From: Eledone cirrhosa
Taxonomy: Eukaryota
Direction of reading: 5' to 3'
NCBI GenBank assembly: GCA_964016885.1
Contig: OZ024746.1
Coordinates: 99,014,001 to 99,078,000, forward strand
Length of the DNA stretch: 64,000 bases
The notes below the pieces were generated by a model, which ran no database searches, was not told the origin of the DNA, and saw only the letters and a list, made by a program, of their open reading frames with translations. Position numbers and translations under genes: made by a program. Every line of letters begins with the position of its first letter. Within the stretch, counting starts at the first letter, position 1. This document shows, in pieces, positions 27,617 to 40,296 of this stretch.

Positions 27617-27742
27617 AAGTTTTATTTAAATTGTTGGGTTACAACGAGTAAATATTTATAACTGATATAAAAGCACTCAACAAGTATTTGGAGTATATTT
27701 ACGATATTAAATAAATGGAAACTATATTTATAAAACCATATT

Positions 27743-27808
27743 TATTTCATTATATATATTTCAGGGATATCATATTAAAAATATGGTATGCCTTCCTCAG
27801 ACAAAATA
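27743..27808 (-). ncRNA. Minimal type I hammerhead ribozyme
   Basis: TATTTTGT-CTGAGGA-AGGCATA..TATCCCT-GAAA-TATATA-TA-ATGAAATA. Confidence 0.75.
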
Positions 27809-28549
27809 CAATATAAACAGTCTTATAAATAGATAGATTTGACATACCTTACAACTTCAACTTACATTTAAAAAGTTGATTTGGTAAAAGTTTTTTATCA
27901 CAGTTTTTTTTTTTTTTTATCACAGTTTTTTTTAAACTCAGTTTTTTAGCTCAGTTCTGATATAAACCTAGGAATTTTAAACTAGACATATGATCATTAT
28001 TTTTCACACATTATTGATACGTGTCTCATTCATGAATACTGATATTTACATTATAATACCTAATTCATACGAATTGATATTTTTACATTGATGAAACATG
28101 TTTTAAATCTGCCTCGTTTATCTCTGGATATTTTTCTTTTCTCGCTATGTAACGGCTGTTTTCTCTCCTAACCACATATATCTCTCTCTACCTTAATACT
28201 AGAACTAAATAAATAAATAAATAAATATATCATTGATACGTCATTCAACTGGTGCCCAACTACCTATTTTCTTTCTCTCTATCTATATCTCTATTTTTTC
28301 TCTCTCTCTATCTCCCTCTGTGTTTTTTCTCTCTCTATCTATCTGTTTCTTTACATGAATTTCTTCTCTCTATCTATCTCTATATCTATCTCTCTCTGTT
28401 TAGTTGCATGCATTTCTTCTTTTTCTTCGCTTTTTTTCTTTCTTTTTATAACTGTCCCTAACATTTTTCACTACCAAATCAACTTTTTAAATGGAAGTTG
28501 AAGTTGTAAGGTATGTCAAATCTATCTATTTATAAGACTGTTTATATTG

Positions 28550-28615
28550 TATTTTGTCTGAAGAAGGCATACCATATTTTTAATATGATATCCCTGAAAT
28601 ATATATAACGAAATA
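28550..28615 (+). ncRNA. Minimal type I hammerhead ribozyme
   Basis: TATTTTGT-CTGAAGA-AGGCATA..TATCCCT-GAAA-TATATA-TA-ACGAAATA; 8-bp stem I and palindromic stem III. Confidence 0.8.
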
Positions 28616-28680
28616 AATATGGTTTTATAAATATAGTTTCCATTTATTTAATATGGAAACTATATTTATAAAACCATATT

Positions 28681-28746
28681 TATTTCGTTATATATATTTC
28701 AGGGATATCATATTAACAATATGTTATGCCTTCTTCAGACAAAATA
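28681..28746 (-). ncRNA. Minimal type I hammerhead ribozyme
   Basis: Reverse complement of the 28892-28957 motif. Confidence 0.8.
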
Positions 28747-28891
28747 CAATATAAACAGTCTTATAAATAAATAGATACGACATACCTTTCAATCACCTTG
28801 CATTTGGGAGGTTGATCTGCCAAATCAACCTCCCAAATGCAAGGTGATTGAAAGGTATGTCGTATCTATTTATTTATAAGACTTTATATTG

Positions 28892-28957
28892 TATTTTGTC
28901 TGAAGAAGGCATAACATATTGTTAATATGATATCCCTGAAATATATATAACGAAATA
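28892..28957 (+). ncRNA. Minimal type I hammerhead ribozyme
   Basis: TATTTTGT-CTGAAGA-AGGCATAAC..TATCCCT-GAAA-TATATA-TA-ACGAAATA. Confidence 0.8.
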
Positions 28958-29085
28958 AATATGGTTTTATAAATATAGTTTCCATTTATTTAATATCATA
29001 AATATACTCCAAATACTTGTTGAGTGCTTTTATATCAGTTATAAATATTTACTCGTTGTTAACCCAACAATTTAAATATAACTTT

Positions 29086-29140
<55 letters not shown>

Positions 29141-30724
29141 AATTAGTATCGGTGCACTGAAATAACGATGCATGTACCTTCGAAATATATATAATAAAAC
29201 ATTTGATTATGTGAACGTCTTCATTTATTAATATTCTGAATAATATTAATTCTTCATTTATTAATATTCTGAATAATATTAATAACTCCAGAAAACTTCC
29301 TCGTAGAGTGCTTTTAATCTATTGTAAAACTATATTCATTGAGTAATCAATGAACCATATTAATCCTTGGTTATATATATATATATATATATATATATTT
29401 AAAGGTTAAACAAAGTTCAATGAATAAATCAATGAATAAAGTTTTACCATAGATTAGAAGCACTCCACAGCTTTGTTTTTCCGGAGTTATTAATATTTCA
29501 CTAACACTAAAAAAGAAAAAAAAAAAAAAAAAAAATCATCTAAGGGAAACTCCACCACCCTTGGTGAACACGGTATTTATTTTCAGCAAGCTTTCCTTAT
29601 ATAATGTATCCATTCATTTTTCAAGATGATATAGTATAATTTGAAAATTTGGTTGCTATTTCTAACAGGTAGACTGACTACGTAGTAACTCCCTTGGCTT
29701 GCTTTTAGCTATTATGTAGGGCTAGTGGTCAGAATCGTAACAAAGTGGTCAGAGAATTGTAACAACTGATTCACTTTTTATTAGTAGTATCGCTTTGTAT
29801 ATATTGCTGTATAGCCGAAAAGGTGAGCGATGAGCCAGCAGCAGTCCTAGGACATTTATATTGTCGACCGCATGACATTTTAACAAGTCCTTTGTCTAGC
29901 CAAACACCACACCACACAATCCGATATGCAGCCAGTTTGTTTTGTGTTGTCATAATATTCTTTATTCGCAGTTGTATAAATAACATTACAAATATTTTAA
30001 TTAGATACATAAACATTACAAATATGTAAATTTTGCCTTCCCTTTTCTTTCTTTCCCTCTTTCTTTTCCCCCGTCTTTCCATTTGTAATATTGTTGACAG
30101 ACCTTAATAAAATTATATTGTTTTAAATATATATACATAGATAACAACAAATGCGTAAATAAGATAAATTTTTTGTAGTTCTTTCAGAATAACATTACAA
30201 TTATAATGTTGATTAACACACGAGAGAGAGAGAGAGAAATAGATAGAGAGAGAGAGAGAGAGAACGAAAGAGATAGATAAATATATATAGAGAGAGAAAA
30301 GGAGGGGGAACAACAACGACCATCAATTCACCACCAATTGCGACAATCGGCCCCACATTTCATCATAAGGGTTAAGAGACAAGCCAATACGATCTAATCA
30401 TTGCCACGGGTGATGGCGAGGCTAAGGCGCCGAAACAGCCAGATACCCTCACATTAGACAATTAAACATGTTTCGGTTTGTTTTCAAATATGATGGTTCT
30501 ATCATCAACATACTAGATATATATCTGACTATCCTACTTCTCCGAAAGGATGCGGGAGGAAACGGGGATACTTGGATAATAAGGAAATACATAATCATAT
30601 ATAATTACGTGCTACACACACACACAATACATATAATTATATATATATATACGCATGGAAATGATTGTTGTTAGTTCACATTTGAATAACTCTTGAGAGA
30701 GAGAGATGTATATCTTTACACACA

Positions 30725-30836
<112 letters not shown>

Positions 30837-30943
30837 TAGATTAGATAGAAACACTCAAATTGTGTTCATTAATATATACTCAAGTTATACTATATAATTG
30901 TGAGTCAGCGTGTATAACATACATTGCGCCGCGTGCGTGCGTG

Positions 30944-31001
<58 letters not shown>

Positions 31002-31475
31002 ATTGTTTCTACTTTTGGCACAAGGCCAGAAATTATTTCAGTGTATTACTGGTACTTTATTTTATCGACCCCGTAAGGATGAAAGGCAAAGTTAACCTCG
31101 GCGATATATAAACACACAAAAGAGGTGTGTTTTGAATTACAAACCACTTTGACGCAATGCATATAGTGTATGGACAAACGGAAAATATATAATAACCGGA
31201 AAACATGAATTAAAATGTACTAATCATTAAATAAATGTATAGTATAATAAACAAATTTGTTTTAAATATATACATAAATAACATTACAAATGCTTAGACA
31301 GCATTATAAATAACTCGCCATTCTGTCAAAGATATATTCTTTTAATGTTACAATATTAAAGATTCCATAATTATTAAACTCTTGGACAAACTACACACAC
31401 ACACATACATATATATATACACATATATATAATCAATGAAAAAAAAGAGTTAGCTGATTTGTGATCAATTCATTT

Positions 31476-31508
<33 letters not shown>

Positions 31509-31589
31509 ATTCAATATTGGTCAGCCCCAGTCGCGTTATCGAACTTGTTTAAGCTTGATCGTAATGAATATCTCTCTCCACTGTATTGA

Positions 31590-31633
<44 letters not shown>

Positions 31634-31801
31634 CGAAACGGACGAACAAGAGCATGCAATAACATGAAGTGTATTAGTTTTACGCTTGGAGAAAATTACA
31701 CACATACACAATATATGTATATATATATATAAATATATAACAATATAGGTCTATATATGTGCAAGTATGATTATTATACATGCATGAATATTTATATAGA
31801 T

Positions 31802-31839
<38 letters not shown>

Positions 31840-31855
31840 ATATAGAGAGAGAGAG

Positions 31856-31896
<41 letters not shown>

Positions 31897-31942
31897 ATGC
31901 TAGCATGGAAGATAGACCACGATATATATATATATCTCATCA

Positions 31943-32006
31943 TCGTCTGACGAACGAATGCGGACGTTTCTTGAATTCGTCTTATTCGGGAAACCTCTGG
32001 TAATGA
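31943..32006 (+). ncRNA. Type I hammerhead ribozyme candidate
   Basis: TCGT-CTGACGA-aCGAAT..GGACG..CGTCT.ATTCGg-GAAA-CC tct GG-TA-ATGA; follows (TA)n. Confidence 0.6.
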
Positions 32007-32144
32007 GGTAATTATATTGTATTGTTTATTATACATTAAATTTAGCTCTGTAACTTACATAGAGCACTCTTTACTCCTATGACTTTTTCAATTTTCAACG
32101 GAAACGTCAATACACACACACACACATATATATATATACATAAA

Positions 32145-32390
32145 TGAAAGGTATAGAAATTATTGTAGCAAGAAGCCAACAGTATTCCATAATATATAAG
32201 TGACTTATATAAGATGTGGGAAAATAATTCAAACTCAATTCAAAAAGAATCAGGATATAGATTCATCCACAGAATTTGGTGAAATCCAGGGAAAAATCAA
32301 TAGAGCCTTAACTCAGAATAAAATAAAGTCTAAAATACTCATCCTTCAATTTAGAAAAACTACAATGCTTTGTATAGTCTTAAAGACTAA
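32145..32390 (-). mobile_element. 5'-truncated copy of the HHR element at 44709-45040
   Basis: Inverted homology to 44765-45040; truncated at HHR stem III (TAGTCTTTAAGACTA-TA). Confidence 0.75.
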
Positions 32391-32409
32391 TTATATACAT
32401 ACACACACA

Positions 32410-32444
<35 letters not shown>

Positions 32445-32879
32445 GAATTAAAAAAAGAGAACGGCGCTGTGTGGTTACTAATAAACATTCCCCTTTACGG
32501 TCGGAGTTCAAATCCTGCCGAGGTTAACTTTGCCTTTCATCCTTACAGGGTCGATAAAATAAAGTACCAGTAATGTACTGGATAATTTGCTGGCCTTGTG
32601 CCAAAAAGTAGAAAATTATTTAGAAAACCTTAAAGAAACGCAGTGTATAAAAGTTCATTGCATAAAATTACTACCTATTAATGTTAAGATGAAGCGAAAT
32701 GTGATGAATATAAAGAGAAAGCGCAACTTACATGAAAACACGGTTACAAGTATGCCGGCAGTAACGAGTGTCAATGTTAGAGAAGTCATGATTATACTGT
32801 AGCTAGACTGGCAGATGTCTAGCTATATAGTCACCCCTCAACCTGCCACCACACATATAGGGCGCACGCGTCAATGAGT

Positions 32880-33680
32880 GCGTATGTGTATGTGTGGGCT
32901 TGTGTGTGTATGAAGGCGTGTGTGTGTATATGGGCTTGTGTGTGTGTGTAGGGGGGGGGGGGCTTGTGTGTGTATGAGTATGTGGGCTTGTGTGTGTATA
33001 CGGGCTTGTGTGTGTGTGTGTGTATACGGGCTTGTGTGTGTGTGTGTGTGGGGGGGGCTTGTGTGTGTGTGTATACGGGCTTGTGTGTGTGTGTGTGTGT
33101 GTGTGTATACGGGCTTGTGTGTGTGTGTGGGGGGGGGGGGGGGGGGCTTGTGTGTGTGTGTGTATATGGGCTTGTGTGTGTGTGTGGGGGGGGGCCTTGT
33201 GTGTGTGTGTATACGGGCTTGTGTGTGTGTGTGCCTCTTACTATCACTACAGCTCCCTCTCTCTTACCGAATTCTTATTGTCACTTTCAATATCTCCCTC
33301 ACATTCCCCCTTTTTTATAATTATACACACACACACTCACTCTAATACACACACACACACTCACTCAAATACACACACACACACTCACTCACTCTAATAC
33401 ACACACACACACTCTAATACACACACACACACTCTAATACACACACGCACACACTCACTCTAATACACACACGCACACACTCAATCTAATACACACATAC
33501 ACACACTGACACACCACACTGCACACACACGCACACTCACTCTAATACACACACACATTCACTCTAATACACACACACGTACACACATACACATACACAC
33601 ACCACACCACACCACATACACACGCACACTCACTCTAACACACACACCCACCCACACATACACACAAGCACACGTGTATG
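32880..33680. repeat. (GT)n/(CA)n compound repeats with TATACGGGCTT and ACTCTAAT interruptions
   Basis: Directly visible. Confidence 0.9.
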
Positions 33681-33704
33681 TATATATATATATATATATA
33701 TATG

Positions 33705-34322
33705 GAAAGTTATATTTAAAATTGTTGGGTTACAACTAGTAAATATTTATAACTGGTATAAAAGCACTCGACAAATATTTGGAGTATATTTACAATATTA
33801 AATAAATGGAAAACTATATTTATAAAACCATATTTATTTCATTATATATATTTCGGGTATATCATATTAACAATATGCTATGCCTTCATCAGACAAAATA
33901 CAATATAAACAGTTTTATAGACAAATAGGTTCGACATACCGTTATAACACCGACTTCATTTGAAGAGGTTTACTCTGGCTGTGAAAAAATTTTACACAGA
34001 GAGAAAGAAAAAGAGAGAAAACAGAAAGAAAGACAGAAAACGAAGAAAAGGAAGAAAAAGAAGAGAAAGAGGAAATGCATGGAACAAAATAGAGAGATGG
34101 AAAGATAGATAAAGCGAAGAACTTCATGTAAAGAAACAGAAAGAGATATATATATATATAGAGAGAGGAAATAGAGATAGATACATATATATATATATAT
34201 AGAAAATTAGGTAGTGGGAGGTCATTTTGAGTAAATGTATCAATGATACGTTTATTTATTTATTTATTTATTTAGCTCAAGTATTAATGTAAGGGAGATA
34301 TATATAGAGAGAAAAAAATAAG
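33705..34322 (-). mobile_element. PLE pseudo-LTR-like element of the 27616-29087 family, with HHR at 33835-33900
   Basis: Inverted homology to 28150-29087; TATTTTGT-CTGATGA-..-GAAA-TATATA-TA-ATGAAATA. Confidence 0.8.
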
Positions 34323-34634
34323 CTGGTGGTCACTACCCAGTGTACTGAAATAGCTGTATGGTTCCGTGTTCAGAACATTATTCCGCCACTTTTTCCTCAC
34401 CAGAATGAAATCAATCTGGGACTTGGACAGGTGCATATCTGAGATGTAGGTCCACATCTTCCCCAGATTCTTCCTAAACCTTAGGTTGGTCGCCATCAAG
34501 TTCGCCTCCAGCAGGATGTCTCTCAGTAGTCTTCCATTTCGGTTGGTGTTGTTATGGAAGTACCAGCAAGGATCTTCACTGCCCTCCTTACTCAGATGTG
34601 CATTGAAGTCCCCCAAAACAAGCAGGATATTGTG

Positions 34635-34635
<1 letters not shown>
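34322..34635 (-). mobile_element. LINE apurinic-endonuclease domain fragment (RTE-like)
   Basis: APE motifs HNILLVLGDFNAH...NRNG...SQIDFILV...SDH. Confidence 0.9.

Positions 34636-34696
<61 letters not shown>
34636..34696. repeat. (TATC)n microsatellite
   Basis: Directly visible. Confidence 0.97.
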
Positions 34697-35030
34697 CAAG
34701 TATTCCTCACCGAACAACCGGTGTGGGCAACGTTTGTGAGACAGGCCTTCCCGCAACTTATCTCGCTGACGGAGCTGCAGTCCTGGGTTAAGCAGAGACC
34801 GAAGAAGGTGGGCACCTGGCACATTGAATGCGCTCAGGCGCTCACAGTCCTCTGTCAAGCGGGCACGGCAATCAGTGGAGACTCCACTTCGACATTCTAT
34901 AGAGGGTTAGTACGTTACAAGGACGACAACGTGCTCGGAGAGACTCTGGGCGTTGAAGACGACGAGCTCACCTGTCTGTTTGGTAGGACTTTCCGCCCGG
35001 GACCTATGGACAAATACCCCCGTAGTAAAA
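34697..35030 (+). mobile_element. Probable Tx1/L1-like LINE ORF2 post-RT fragment
   Basis: GC-rich open frame VWATFVRQAFPQL...STFYRGLV...LFGRTFRPGPMD. Clade assignment is by resemblance only. Confidence 0.45.
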
Positions 35031-35844
35031 ACACCCCCACTAGAGAACAGTCAGGAATTAGAGAAAAACATCGTGGAAAACATCCAGCAAATAACTAACT
35101 CCATCCACCAGAGTATTAGAGTTTCTATAGACTACCCAAGCAAACACCCCAACCATCGATTACCTGTACTAGACACAGAGCTCTGGTTAGAAACAATTAA
35201 TAACAAGAAACAAATCCTCCATTCCCATTATGCCAAACCCATGACTTCCAAATACCTGATCCACCGAAACTCAGCTGTTTTCGGACCATACCAAAATTAA
35301 CATACTGCTTGCTAATTTAGTGCGTGGGATGAGGAATGTGTCCCGCATGTGCAACCCCAAAGAACTAGAGAGACACATACAACATTTCATCCACCGTATG
35401 CAGTTCTCTGGTTACCATCAGAGAGATAAAGTTAGAGTATATAGAGGAGCCAGAACCAAATGGGAAAAAATGGTAAATAATGATACAAATGGGACCTGCC
35501 CCTTGTATAGGAGCAAAGTTTGGAATAGAATAGAAAGAACTAGGAATAAGGTTAATAGAATAAACTCATGGTATGATAGCAATAAATACCAGAGTGTAAT
35601 GTTCATCAATACAACCCCTAGAGGTGAACTAGCTTACAAATTTGACCTACTGCAAAATCAAAACGTTTTTTAACGAAGAATGAACTCTGACGTAAACTTA
35701 TCTCTAAAAATCCATTCCGGGTCATGTAAGGAACGCTTTTTAGTTATTATGCCTTTGAGAAGCCCATTCGGGCGAAATGTACGTAGGTGCTATTTTAAAT
35801 AAACATGTTTTAACGGTCTGTTCTCCTGTATTTTACTTCTCCAC

Positions 35845-35845
<1 letters not shown>
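35030..35845 (+). mobile_element. Penelope-like element fragment: RT C-terminus/thumb/linker plus a 3' end with hammerhead-like motif
   Basis: LPVLDTELW...HYAKPM..YLIHRNSA [frameshift] KINIL..RNVS...RMQFSGY...PLYR..W...SVMFINTTPRGELA. Followed by an HHR-like motif at 35749-35791, AATAAA and (TA)n. Confidence 0.8.
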
Positions 35846-35893
<48 letters not shown>

Positions 35894-35961
35894 CACATAC
35901 ATATACTGTGTTCTGTTATTAATTCTGGCAATATTACACAAATATGACCCTCCCCAAGTAT

Positions 35962-36035
<74 letters not shown>

Positions 36036-36930
36036 AAATAATCGAGTATCGGAAAATCAGCTCACGAATTTACGATAAACAAAATCCGACATGAGTGGCA
36101 GAGGGCTCAATAATTCAGATAAATCAGAGCTATAACTATCGTTAAGATACCAACACACAAAGATTATGCCTAAAATCACCCGTGCAGCCGAAAAATAACG
36201 ACCAGGAAGATTCGGGTCACTCAGATAAAATATCAATAAATCAATAAATCATATGAATGTAAAAAACTTACCCGGACACACTAGAAAGGTGGTAAATCTA
36301 GCTTCTTGGGTTTATATATATATATATTTTCTCAAAGCGCTCATATATTCACCTAGCTTATGCTAAACACTTAGCATATGCTCACACTAGCTTATGCTCA
36401 CACTTTCACTCACTCACTGTTTCTCTTCTCTTCATTTCATCCTGTACACCACGAAGGCTATTTTTCTCTCTTCTCACATGGCCAGAGTTCGTGTCAGGTC
36501 TGTTTTCTAAAAGCGCTCATATATTCACCTAGCTTATGCTAAACAGAATAATTTTGTAGCTTGTTTCTTTCCCCTACGTTTAGCTATACTCTGTGTTGTT
36601 CTCCTGTCTCACTCGCTTTACGCGTTTCAATTGTCCTAATAACTTATTTTGGTTATTATTGCACCGACGTGAGGTATATGATTTTTAATGCAATGAAATA
36701 TCGATGATCGTCGGCAAATCACTGATGAGGGACTCATTTTATTACATGTTATCCATGTGCTACCTGCAGTACTTTTCTCTCTCTCTCTATATATATACAC
36801 ACACACACATATATATATATATACAAATATACATATATATATACATATATATATACATATATATATATACATATATATATATACATATATATATATATAC
36901 ATACATATATATATATACACATACATATAC

Positions 36931-36965
<35 letters not shown>

Positions 36966-37121
36966 CAATATCGGAGAAAGCTTTTTAGCGATACTCCGGC
37001 CAAATTGCAACTCACTCAACAAACATTAGGAAATAAGTGATTATATTCCCAATTATGTGTTCGGGGTGCTAACTAAAAGTATTGCGTGGAAAATTGGGTG
37101 TATTATTTCAAATGAGACATA

Positions 37122-37192
<71 letters not shown>

Positions 37193-37375
37193 CACATACA
37201 CATACACATTTATACATATATATAAAACTGTTGTTGTCTGTGTGTCTTCATTTTTGCAAAGTCTATACAAATCCACATTTCTACTCTGATTGACTTCAAA
37301 CTTGCATTTATAGATTCCTTGCGGTCTAAAGATATTAACTGCAGCTTTTAGTTTTCAATTTTCTGTTGTTAAAGG

Positions 37376-37897
37376 GTCTCTCCCACTCTCTCCATCTCTC
37401 CCTTTCACTCACTGCCTCTGTCTCTCTAGCTCTCCCCATCTCTCTCTTTCACTCACTGCCCCTGTCTCTCTCACTCTCCCCATCTCTCTCTTTCACTCAC
37501 TGCCTCTGTCTCTCTCACTCTCCCTATCTCTCTCTTTCTCTCACTGCCTCTGTCTCTCTCACTCTCCCCATCTCTCTCTTTCTCTCACTGCCTCTGTCTC
37601 TCTCACTCTCCCCATCTCTCTCTTTCACTCACTGCCCCTGTCTCTCTCACTCTCCCCATCTCTCTCTTTCACTCACTGCCTCTGTCTCTCTCACTCTCCC
37701 CATCTCTCTCTTTCTCTCACTGCCTCTGTCTCTCTCACTCTCCCCATCTCTCTCTTTCACTCACTGCCCCTGTCTCTCTCACTCTCCCCATCTCTCTCTT
37801 TCACTCACTGCCCCTGTCTCTCTCACTCTCCCCATCTCTCTCTTTCACTCACTGCCCCTGTCTCTCTCACTCTCCCCATCTCTCTCTTTCACTCACT
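37376..37897. repeat. 44-bp pyrimidine-rich minisatellite, ~12 copies, downstream of a Helitron-like 5' end (~37215)
   Basis: Unit CTCTCCCCATCTCTCTCTTTCACTCACTGCCTCTGTCTCTCTCA. Confidence 0.92.
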
Positions 37898-38234
37898 GGG
37901 GCCCAGGCGCTGGTCATATACCTAAATTAAAAATTGTCTATTGGAATGAAATATTTTTGTTTTCAAACAAATCAAAGATGACTCATTAACTCTGATCTAG
38001 TTAACTGCTGACATAACCTGCTGGCATTGTAGACATCAACGTATTACCATTGTCAGCCACAATAAATAGCTTTACAAAAAACAAACAAACAAAAAGAAAC
38101 GAAAAAGAAAACTCATCCCGAAATAATATCAGCTTTCTCTCAATCTTTCTAAGCCAGCGGCTGTTCTCTTTATCTTGACGTTAAGTACTCTCACTTAGCA
38201 AACACCTTAATTCTAGGAAAAAATAGTAGTAGTG

Positions 38235-38560
38235 GCACTCAGCCGGTTACAACGACGAGTAGTATTCCTGTTGATACGATCAACAGAACAGCCTGCTCGT
38301 GAAATTAACGTGTAAGTGGTTGAGTATTCCACAAACACGCGTTCTCTTAATGTAGTTTTCTGGGAGATTCAATGTGACACAGAATGTGACAAGGCTGCCT
38401 CTTCGAATTACAGGTACAACTCCTTTTGTCTTTTTGTCAACTGAGAGGACTGGAGCAACGTGAAATAAAGTGTCTTGCTCAAGGACATAGCGCGCCGCCG
38501 GGAATCGAACTCACGACCTTACGATCACGAACCGAATATCTTAACCACGCGCCTTCACAC
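38235..38560 (-). mobile_element. tRNA-derived CORE-type SINE; relatives at 15040-15115, 40600-40945, 59855-60080 and 63250-63370
   Basis: B box GTTCGATTC followed by the CORE-like TGTCCTTGAGCAAGACACTTTATTTCACGTTGCTCC. Confidence 0.8.
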
Positions 38561-39029
38561 TAAGAAAAATAAAACAGGTTAAAACTTATGTTTGAATGTG
38601 GTTAGAATGTCTCAGGAAGGAATCGTTGGACAGATTTGAAGGGCAAAAACCAACCGAGTGGAAACCCAGGGGTAGATCTTGAGCAAGATGGTTGGATAAC
38701 ATCCATGAGCTTGGTTGGTGTCGTTTGGAGATCCAGCCAGATCATTTGGAGATGGTTGCTTCTGATAGGACCTGCTGGAAGGAATGTTTGAGGACTCTGC
38801 CCTCACGACACTCTCATGAATAAGTGGGCGAGGGAGGAAGAGGAGAAGAAACAGAAGACGAGATCTTATATTGGTAAGCCTATTCATCAGTAACCCATGC
38901 ACTGATTTACGCGAAACTTGTTTTATTCCATTTGTATTCCCATTTCAGGGTCAACTTCCTTTCAAAGTATTGGCTGTATTACATTACAGACAAGCAAGGA
39001 AGCAATCACAGAATTTTAGTAGTATATAG

Positions 39030-39190
39030 ATGGGGCCCCACGTGCTAGCTGCCCCGCGGCCCCGGCGGACGGAATAGAGAAGGCATTTCTCCGGATGATG
39101 GTGAGGGAGATGCATTGGAAAAGCCATTCTAGCTGGCGAGGCTCACACCAACTCCGTACCAATGGTGGTGAGTAGGGAGGTGGTCCTATA
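39030..39190 (-). mobile_element. CRE-clade 3' fragment
   Basis: Homologous to 42930-43190. Confidence 0.75.
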
Positions 39191-39708
39191 AAGAGTTAGA
39201 ATATACGTCAAATGATATGTTTGTGAATCTATCAACACATTTAAATGCTTATATTTTGTATAAAAATATATCTTTTAACAATTGTCTGCTTTATATTCAA
39301 CGTGTTCATATATGGACAATTCTCTTGCATTTATCTTAGAAGATGAGTAAACTCGTACATACATCAATCCCCTGTGTAGTAAATGAAACACCAACCACTG
39401 TTTTGCAATAGTTTTTTCACCATCCCCTTCCTTCCTTTTATACACACATACATTCACACAAACACATTGTGGGACGGACGGAAATCGCTCAAATTTATAT
39501 ATAGATAAGGCTAAGAGAATCAGACTCATCAGGGAACCTTCTCGTACCTGGAGAAGTTCAAGTGACTATCACTGACCGACGCTTTTTCAAAAGGGACAAA
39601 TGTCACGTGGTATATAGTTTACAAGAAGGGAAGTAATAAATGGGCTGTTGGCAAGCAAATGGGACCGCTAGAAATAGCAGTTTCTTTCACCCCTTTTTCA
39701 CTCAAACG

Positions 39709-39740
<32 letters not shown>

Positions 39741-40096
39741 CAGACTAGTACTGTTGTGGTTTATTAATAGCCATATTCACGTCAGTCTTTCTTCTACTGC
39801 TATGATTAATTGGATAGTGTTGAAACACTCGGCTCAGACAATACAGCCGCCTGTCACCAGTTGTATTGTTTAGACACCAACATATAATTCCTTTAGGACG
39901 GAAAATTGCTTACGAAATCTTAGCATATCTGCAAAAAAATTGCTGCACCAAACTGAAAATGTATTTTGTCTATTAAGTACAATATTTTGAAATAATCACT
40001 TTTCGTTTAACCCTAGGTTATCCTTGATTAAGTACACCTATGATAAAAACCATTCCAGCAAGTGCCATCTCGTATTCTTATATATATCATGTACAG

Positions 40097-40296
40097 CAGG
40101 CATGTCAAACATACGGCCCTTAACAAGCACATCTGCGGCCCACACAAACGTTTTACAGTGTGAACATGTTTTATCTTCGTAATATAAAATTAAACAAATT
40201 AGTTGAAATATGCACAATTAGTTGTCGTGTGTCGCTCTGAGGCAACACATATGTGACCCATGCGGCACTCGGGGCACCCTCAGTTTGACATACCCG
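40097..40296. mobile_element. hAT MITE
   Basis: TIR CAGGCATGTCAAAC / GTTTGACATACCCG; TSD ATGTACAG/ATCTACAG. Confidence 0.8.

Larger units (their letters stand above)
27616..29087. mobile_element. Zig-zag array of four PLE pseudo-LTR-like units (-,+,-,+) between (TA)n tracts
   Basis: The same unit recurs in alternating orientation, with hairpin axes at ~28648 and ~28820. Each unit has a hammerhead. Confidence 0.85.

Noticed and set aside
36170-36232. SECIS or variant hammerhead on the minus strand (CTGAGTGA-CCCG..CGGG-TGAT)
   Set aside because: No GAAA for an HHR, and no proper helix II or apical AA for a SECIS.
36720-36730. Isolated CTGATGA (also the minus strand at ~39525)
   Set aside because: No correctly spaced GAAA, stem III and stem I partner.
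39600-39620. Promoter (GTCACGTGG E-box next to TATATA)
   Set aside because: Short motifs in TA-rich DNA, with no linked exon or TSS evidence.
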